From Escherichia phage ERS-1, in sequence record PP337211: a DNA stretch of 64,000 nt; one strand, given 5' to 3'. Below the pieces are notes generated by a model that had not been told where the DNA came from, made no database searches, and saw nothing but the letters and a program-made list of their open reading frames with translations. Each line of letters begins with the position of its first letter. Position 1 is the stretch's first letter. Below are positions 58,129 through 64,000 of the stretch, one piece after another. A program made the translations under genes and the position numbers.

Positions 58129-61100
58129 CTCCCTTTGCGGTGTTCTCCGGCTCCGCCTTGTCCTTTGAGAGCGGAGGGGTGTCGCTTGTTGATGCAGCGG
58201 GCGATGGCGAACATGGACCAGAGGTGCGGGTGGTCCGCGAGGGCTGACGGATGCTTCTCGTCCGGTCCTGGTCCCACCCTTCCGGTTGGCTCCTGGAAGA
58301 TGTTGGGTACTGCCTGTTCCAGACCGGGTCCGCGGTCGGGCCGGGGCTTCCCGGCCTTGCGGTCCGGTAGATGTCGCGCCGGGCCTTCAAGGCGGCGACG
58401 TCGTCGACGCGCGGGGTGGTCGGTGCTGGGTCCTGGTCGGGCCCTCCGATGACGGCCTTGATGTCCTTCAGGGCCGTCTCCCTGTGGATGTCGCGGACCG
58501 TCTCGCCGTCCGCCAGGGCCTCCCGCGGACCTGGGCGATGGCGCGGTGCTTGTTGGTCCTTCCCTGGTCCTCCTCGACGGGCTTCCCGCCGTCGCGCTCC
58601 TGGATGTGCTTTGGCTTCCAGCGGCGTGTCCTGAAGGCCGGGTCGCCGCCGTTCGCCTTCGACCGCCACCCTGCGTTGGTACCTGTAGATGGTGCTGATG
58701 GCCGCCCTCAAACCTTACCGCCTTCACGTCCGGGTCCCGCCCAACCAGCTCCGCGACGGCCTTGGCGGCGGCTTGGGTCTTGATCCGGTCTGGGCCGGCG
58801 GTGGTCGCTCCGGCGGCGGCGGTGTAGTCCCCGATGATGGCGATGCCGTCCGGGGCGTGTTGCCGGGATCGGCTTGTGGTCCGGGGACGATGACGTTGAT
58901 GACGCGGGCGGATCGCGGGCCAGGCTGCGCGGGGGTGTGCTCTGCCGGAGCCGTATGCCCTGCCCGTCGATGTACTTCGGTTGGTTTTCCAGTTTGGTTG
59001 AAAACGGCGGAGCCGGAGCCCCCGCCTGGGGTTGCTGTTGGACCCTGCGCGATCGGATGATCTTGCGCTCGCCGCCGTCCTCCTCCGGCGGGGCTGGTTT
59101 CCCGACCTCTGAGTCTGGGCGAGCGGCCTTCGCCGCCCCAGGTTCCGAACCGCGGGCTCGGCTCGTCGTCGTCCGCGCGGTGGAGACCTGGCCGGTGGGG
59201 GGCGGCTTCCCCTCACCTCCTGGAGGGCTGGCCCGTCGGTCCGGGTGAAGGTTCGGGACGCGCTGGCCGTGGCGGCCCCGCGGCGATCATTTCACGCCTT
59301 CCAAAGCCAGTGCCGGTTCGCCGGTTCCGGGCTTCCCGCGGCGGTCCAGGCGTGTCGTCGCGTAGGTCGTTGCCGCGCTCCGTCGCCGGTTCGGTACCTG
59401 CCGGCGGGCTTCGACCCGGCACGGCTCGCGATGGTCTTTCCGGGCTCCGGCCTGGTTCTCCGCGGGCTGTCGGCGAAGGCTTTGGTGCGCCCCGGGCTGA
59501 ACCGCTTTTGGAGGTGTTCGATCATTGCTGGAGCCCTGCTGTAGCCCGCTTCCCGAATTTTGCGATTGCGTGGTCGTTGCCGACCGCGGCCTGGCGCTCG
59601 AAGCTGTGGCGGATGTCGTCGTGGGTGACGATCCCCGGGATTACCGGATTGACCTGATGGAGGTGTACATGCCCGACGCGCGCTCGCGATTTCGTCGGGA
59701 TGGTCCTGAAGGCTGATGGCCCCGGAGGCTCGTGCCGTTGTGGTCGTTGCCGGTGTTCGGTGACTTCTGGGCGTAGCTGTAGGGGTTCCGCTTCGGAGGT
59801 CGATGGCCGGATGGGGTAGCAGACGGCCGGGAAGAAGACTGGGCCGGGAGTTGGCGAAGGCTTCCGCCCCCGCCTGGGTGTTATGGGGCGCTTTGAAACG
59901 GTGAAGGGGTCCGTGAAGCTGGAGAAGCAGCCCGCGGCGGAGGTCCGGACTTCGAGAGGCATTTTGCGGACCTGCTCGCCGTAGTTCACCGGGACGCTGA
60001 TGAGGCCGGTGCCGCGGTAGCCCCGGAACCCGCTGTCGACGTAGAAGGCGCAACCCACTGTAGCCCCATAAGGCTCCGTCAGGATCGCCTCGCTGCAGGG
60101 GCGGGCGCGGGAGCCTCGCTTGTCGTTGTGCTTGTCCTGGCACCTGCCCTGAAGGGGCTTGGCGTTCGGGATGCGGATGTGCGGGAGGTAGGTGACGACC
60201 CTTTGAAGCCGGTAGGCCCAGCCCTTCACCTCCTTCTTGTCGTCTCTCCTTCGCGTTGCGGACCGTCCCCCCTGCCTTGCCGGAACTTCGCGCGCTGGCG
60301 CCGGTCCTGCACCCTTCTCCCCCATCGGGCCCGGAACTCCCGTTGGTTCGGTCCGGCGGCGAAATACTTGTAAGCCTCCTGAGCGGCTTCGCCGGTGCCT
60401 TCCTGCCCTTGCCTGCGTGGTCCGGTCATTCTCCTTCAACTGTGAAAAAAGTCTTGAGCGCCTTACCCGGAAGAAGTAAGCGGCGTTAATCGGCCCCGGC
60501 TCGCCACGTTGTTTCCGGGAGGTCCCCTGGCCTTCGCTCCTCCGAATGCCGGCGACCGGCGAACTGCCGGAACCGCGCGGCGACCCTTCCGCGTCATATC
60601 CTCCAGGTTGTCCTTTTGGGACCCGAGGGAACAAATGCTCGGGGTTGACGCACAACGGTCGGTCGCAGCGATGAACTTACGTTATCGCCGTCGGGATGGA
60701 CCGTCGAACCTGGCCGAAGGATAGCCGATGAGTGCCGTCTTAGTCTCATGTTGGCGTGCTGCTTATCATTGACTGGGAGCCGTTGGTTGGTCCCGTCTCC
60801 GGTCTTGATAGTGGGCGTCGAAGTAGGTGAGCCGGTCCGTCGATTACCCCATGTTCGGAATGATGGGGCGTGGGATGGACGAAGCCCGTTGAGCGGTTGC
60901 TGCGCTTTAGCTTTTGGGTTGGTAACGGGTTGGGGGAACGGGGCGGAGGCGTCCCGGGCTGCGTCCGCGTACCCGTAGCCCTCGTCGTATTACCGGTCAC
61001 CCGGTTGCCGGGTGCCTGGCCGCGGCCTTCCCCATGTACTCCCGGGTGGCGTCCTGGCTCTGCAGTATCCTTGTGGAGGATGACGTTGTAGTTGCGGGCC

Positions 61101-64000
61101 CGCCCCCTCCAAGCCCTCTTCAGTGCCCGGCGGCGACCGTCCCCGAGCTGAGACTGATGACCGGGGTCCCGGAGTCCGGGAGGTGCGGGGCGGTGCGGAC
61201 GGCCTCCGCGGGCGTTCTCCGTGATCGACTCCGGGAGCTTCGGGTGTTCGGCTGTAGCTGTCGTGGGAGTTCTCCCGTGCTTCTTGGCCGGACGGGGATC
61301 GCGGAGCGGCCCGCCGGCATGTCCAGGTCCGCCCCGAGCTGGCGAGCGCGCCCGCCGCCGGACGCGCGGGGCGTCCGCGGCCCCGTCGCGCTTGAAGCGG
61401 GGCCAGTAGTCCACGGCCTGTTTCCCAGCTGCTGGCAGGCGACCGCCCGGCCCGCCTTCGAGCGGTACGTGTCCGGCTGCCGATGGTGGTTCTTGTGGTC
61501 TCGATATGGGCGAGGCCCCGCCAATCTCGCTGAAGGACGGCACCGGGAGCGGGTGCTCTCCCCGCTTCAGGATCGGACCCCGTTGAGCGGGCGTTTGACC
61601 GGGCGTCGTTGACGACGTTGCTGCCTGGCGTGGTCGAGGAAGGCCCGTGCGGCGGAGGGCGGCCTGCCCGGTTCGAGCCCGCCGTCGATTTCCCGGATGT
61701 TGTTCCGTGGGTAGTGGCCGTTCGACGGTGGGGATTTTCCATTTACACAGCACCGTTCTACCTCTGCATGTTCGGCGGGTGGTTGCCCGGGTGGGCGGGG
61801 CGAGGTCCGCGAACCGCTGGTTTGCAGTCCGCCACCCGGACGCTTGATCGCCTCGCGCTTGGGCTTCGCGTTCTCCGGGTACTGTGAGCCTCGCGCTGCT
61901 CCGCGTTGCGGCCTTCTCCGGGTCCTTGAAGGTTAAGGCGGCGTCGTGCCGAAGTCGGCCGCACTTCACCGGTTCGACCTGTCCGCGATCTTGAAGCCGA
62001 TCCGGTCGGACCGAAGCCGTCGTGCTCCTGGGCGCGGGCGGAGACGGTGCGGAAGGGCAGGCGCTCCTCCGTCGCCCGGGCTCTCCCGTGCCCCGCCTCC
62101 GGGCGGTCGCCGTAGCGGGCCTGGAGGGAGGTTGCGGAGTCACGGTATCGGCCTGTAGCGGCGGTGCTCGCGTCCCCGGGGGCCTGTGCTCCCCCGGCGG
62201 GCGTCTCCTCCTCGTCGCGGGCCGCGACCTTCCCGGTGCGGCAACTCCTCGCCCTCCTCCACCAGGAAGGAGGCCACCCGGCGTGGTAGCTCCAGAATAA
62301 CCGAGGAGCCCGGGAGCTGCGGCACGGAGAAGTCCCCCGCCTCCTCCGCCCGAACCAGGGCCGTGTACACGGGTCCAGATCGCCGGTGGTGATCAGGTGT
62401 CGGCCGGGGTCGTCTCGATGTCCGGTCGCGGGGCAAGTTCTGCTCGGCTTTTTCTGGGTATGCGTGACTGATTTTCCCGGCTCAGGTCTTTGCGATGTCC
62501 GGTTCAGAGAATTGGCGACGAAGGAAGGCTCCGGCGGGACTTTTCGTCACGTGATACGGGAATGGACTTGTCTGGCGCCGCCGTCGCCGTCCTCCGTGAT
62601 CCCTGGTGAACCCGGCAGGAGCTTGAAGGGCTCCGTTCTGTATCCCCGCTCCGCCGGGCACCTGCCCGGCGGGGGTGCGGTGTGCGCTCCGAGGCTCCCG
62701 TTACCCTTGCCCTTGTCGGCCTGGCGGGTCTGGCGGGCGTCTGCCTTCGGCGGACTTTGCGGCTCGTGGGCCGGGATCGCGTGGCCTTCCGGGACCTCCG
62801 ACGTGGAACCGCTCGTGCCGTCCGCGTCGAAGGCGGAGCGGACCCCGCAGCCCTTTGGTCGCTTGTCCTGCTGAAGCCGGAGTGGGCGGTGGCTTCGGTC
62901 CTGGGCTTGTTGCTGCCCTTGGGCTTCGACCTGTTCGGCCGGTCCTCCTGTTTGGGCGGGACCCCCTACGTCGGGAGACGGCCGCTCCGAGCCCTCGCGG
63001 CGGGGGATCGGGGCGTGGCCCGGGCGGCAGGTTGGCGCCGCGCGGGCGCGGGCCTTCCTCCTCCGCGGACTTCGGAGCCTTCTGGGCCTTCGGAGGCGAC
63101 GGGCGGGGGTTGCGGTTTGTTTGCGGTTTCGACCTTCTGGGTTCGGCCTGCTGCTGCTCGGCACTTCCGGGCGCGCTTCGGCGGCGCCAGGCTTCTGTGT
63201 GGGGGTATGGCGGTGGTCTTGTCGGCAAGCGGTGGACGTTCGGGACGGACTTGCCGTTGCGGAAGGTGCCGATGACTTCGTCGGGACCTGCTCGACCGGG
63301 CCGGGCTGGACCTCGCTGGGAGGCTTCGGTGTAGGCGACGTTGTTGAAGTTGATGGTGTTCATGGTAGGCTCCTTCTGGGGTTGAGGTGCGATCTTGTTC
63401 GACCGTGAGAGAAATCTTAACCCTGCCCCCGAAGAAGTAAAGTGGTTTGACTAAACTTTTTCAGTTTCCCGTCCGAAGGCCAGGTGCCCGTTGGACGGCG
63501 GAGGGCGAACCGTTGGCGCCTCTTCCCAGAAGGCCCGGGCGGCGTCTCGTGCCCTGTTCTCCTGTACCAATGGTTGCGCCCCGAGGTGTGCGGGAACCCA
63601 GCGACCTCGAAGCCCCAGCGATGTTGGGTTGCACTGGTGGAAGTCCAGGTGCTGGGCCGGGTAGCCGAAAGCCTCTGCGACGTTCCGCCCAACGAGGATG
63701 ACGTGCCGACCGCCCAACAAGGGCTTCCCTCGCGGCTGCGGGCCCCGCGTCCCGGGCGGGCCGCTGTCGTCCCGCTTCCAGCGCCCCGGGAAGGTGTGGA
63801 GCAGGTGGTGCGGTCGAAGGTCTTGAGGTAGTCCTTGGGCGATAGGCCTGCCTGCTCGCCCGACGCCCTCCCGCGGAGGACCGCGGAGGGGAGCCAGGGG
63901 CCGGTCCGGGTCCGCGTTAGGTCCTGGCGCTGGCCGATCTGGGCTTGTTCGTTCTTTCGGGCACATTTCTCTGGGTGACGTTCTGTTTGAGGTCCGCTCC
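58129..64000 (-). other. High-GC block 2 (at least 5.9 kb, continues past window end): frame-drifting protein-like coding signal on the minus strand
   Basis: Minus-strand translations contain protein-like stretches (e.g. ..PDGIAIIGDYTAAAGATTAGPDRIKTQAAAKAVAELVGRDPDVKAVRFEGG.., ..AILTEPYGATVGCAFYVDSGFRGYRGTGLISVPVNYGEQV..); plus-strand ORFs are low-complexity. Confidence 0.5.
58440..59000 (-). CDS. Candidate protein-coding segment in block 2, frame-disrupted; function unassigned
   Basis: Protein-like segments in two minus-strand frames (..EALADGETVRDIHRETALKDIKAVIGGPDQDPAPTTPRVDDVAALKARRDIY.. and ..DGIAIIGDYTAAAGATTAGPDRIKTQAAAKAVAELVG..); no catalytic motif recognised; boundaries arbitrary. 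Confidence 0.2.

Overview
The window is a composite of three parts. (1) Positions ~50-36,675 are AT-rich and encode, entirely on the minus strand, a T4-like (Tevenvirinae) early/middle gene block in the same order as phage T4: dexA, dda, two ModA/ModB-like ADP-ribosyltransferases, soc, 56, dam, 61, sp, dmd, 41, uvsX, a glycosyltransferase, 42, imm, 43, regA, 62, 44, 45, rpbA, 46, 47, a-gt, 55, nrdH, nrdG and only the last ~75 codons of nrdD. Identifications rest on recalled T4 protein sequences and motifs, not on a database search. Most large genes are split across 2-5 reading frames, so the sequence carries indels relative to intact homologues (roughly one per 0.5 kb, by eye). (2) At ~36,675 nrdD is cut off and the sequence becomes high-GC (about 65-70% by eye, not computed) in two blocks, 36,972-57,688 and 58,129-64,000. 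Protein-like, high-GC3 translation is on the plus strand in block 1 and the minus strand in block 2, but it changes frame every ~60-250 nt, so no gene there can be called with confidence. (3) Every compositional boundary carries a copy of one repeat family: T-run, AGGTGCTGT, ~23-nt variable segment, 14-bp inverted repeat TTAACCTTAGCAAT/ATTGCTAAGGTTAA around a ~30-nt loop, ~24-nt variable segment, CAGCACC. Block 1 is flanked by inverted ~31-bp copies of the 5' half of this repeat. I cannot tell from sequence alone whether this is a real mobile or cargo element in a T-even phage, an assembly chimera, or an engineered or in-silico construct; the repeat-bounded high-GC blocks are the part most worth follow-up.
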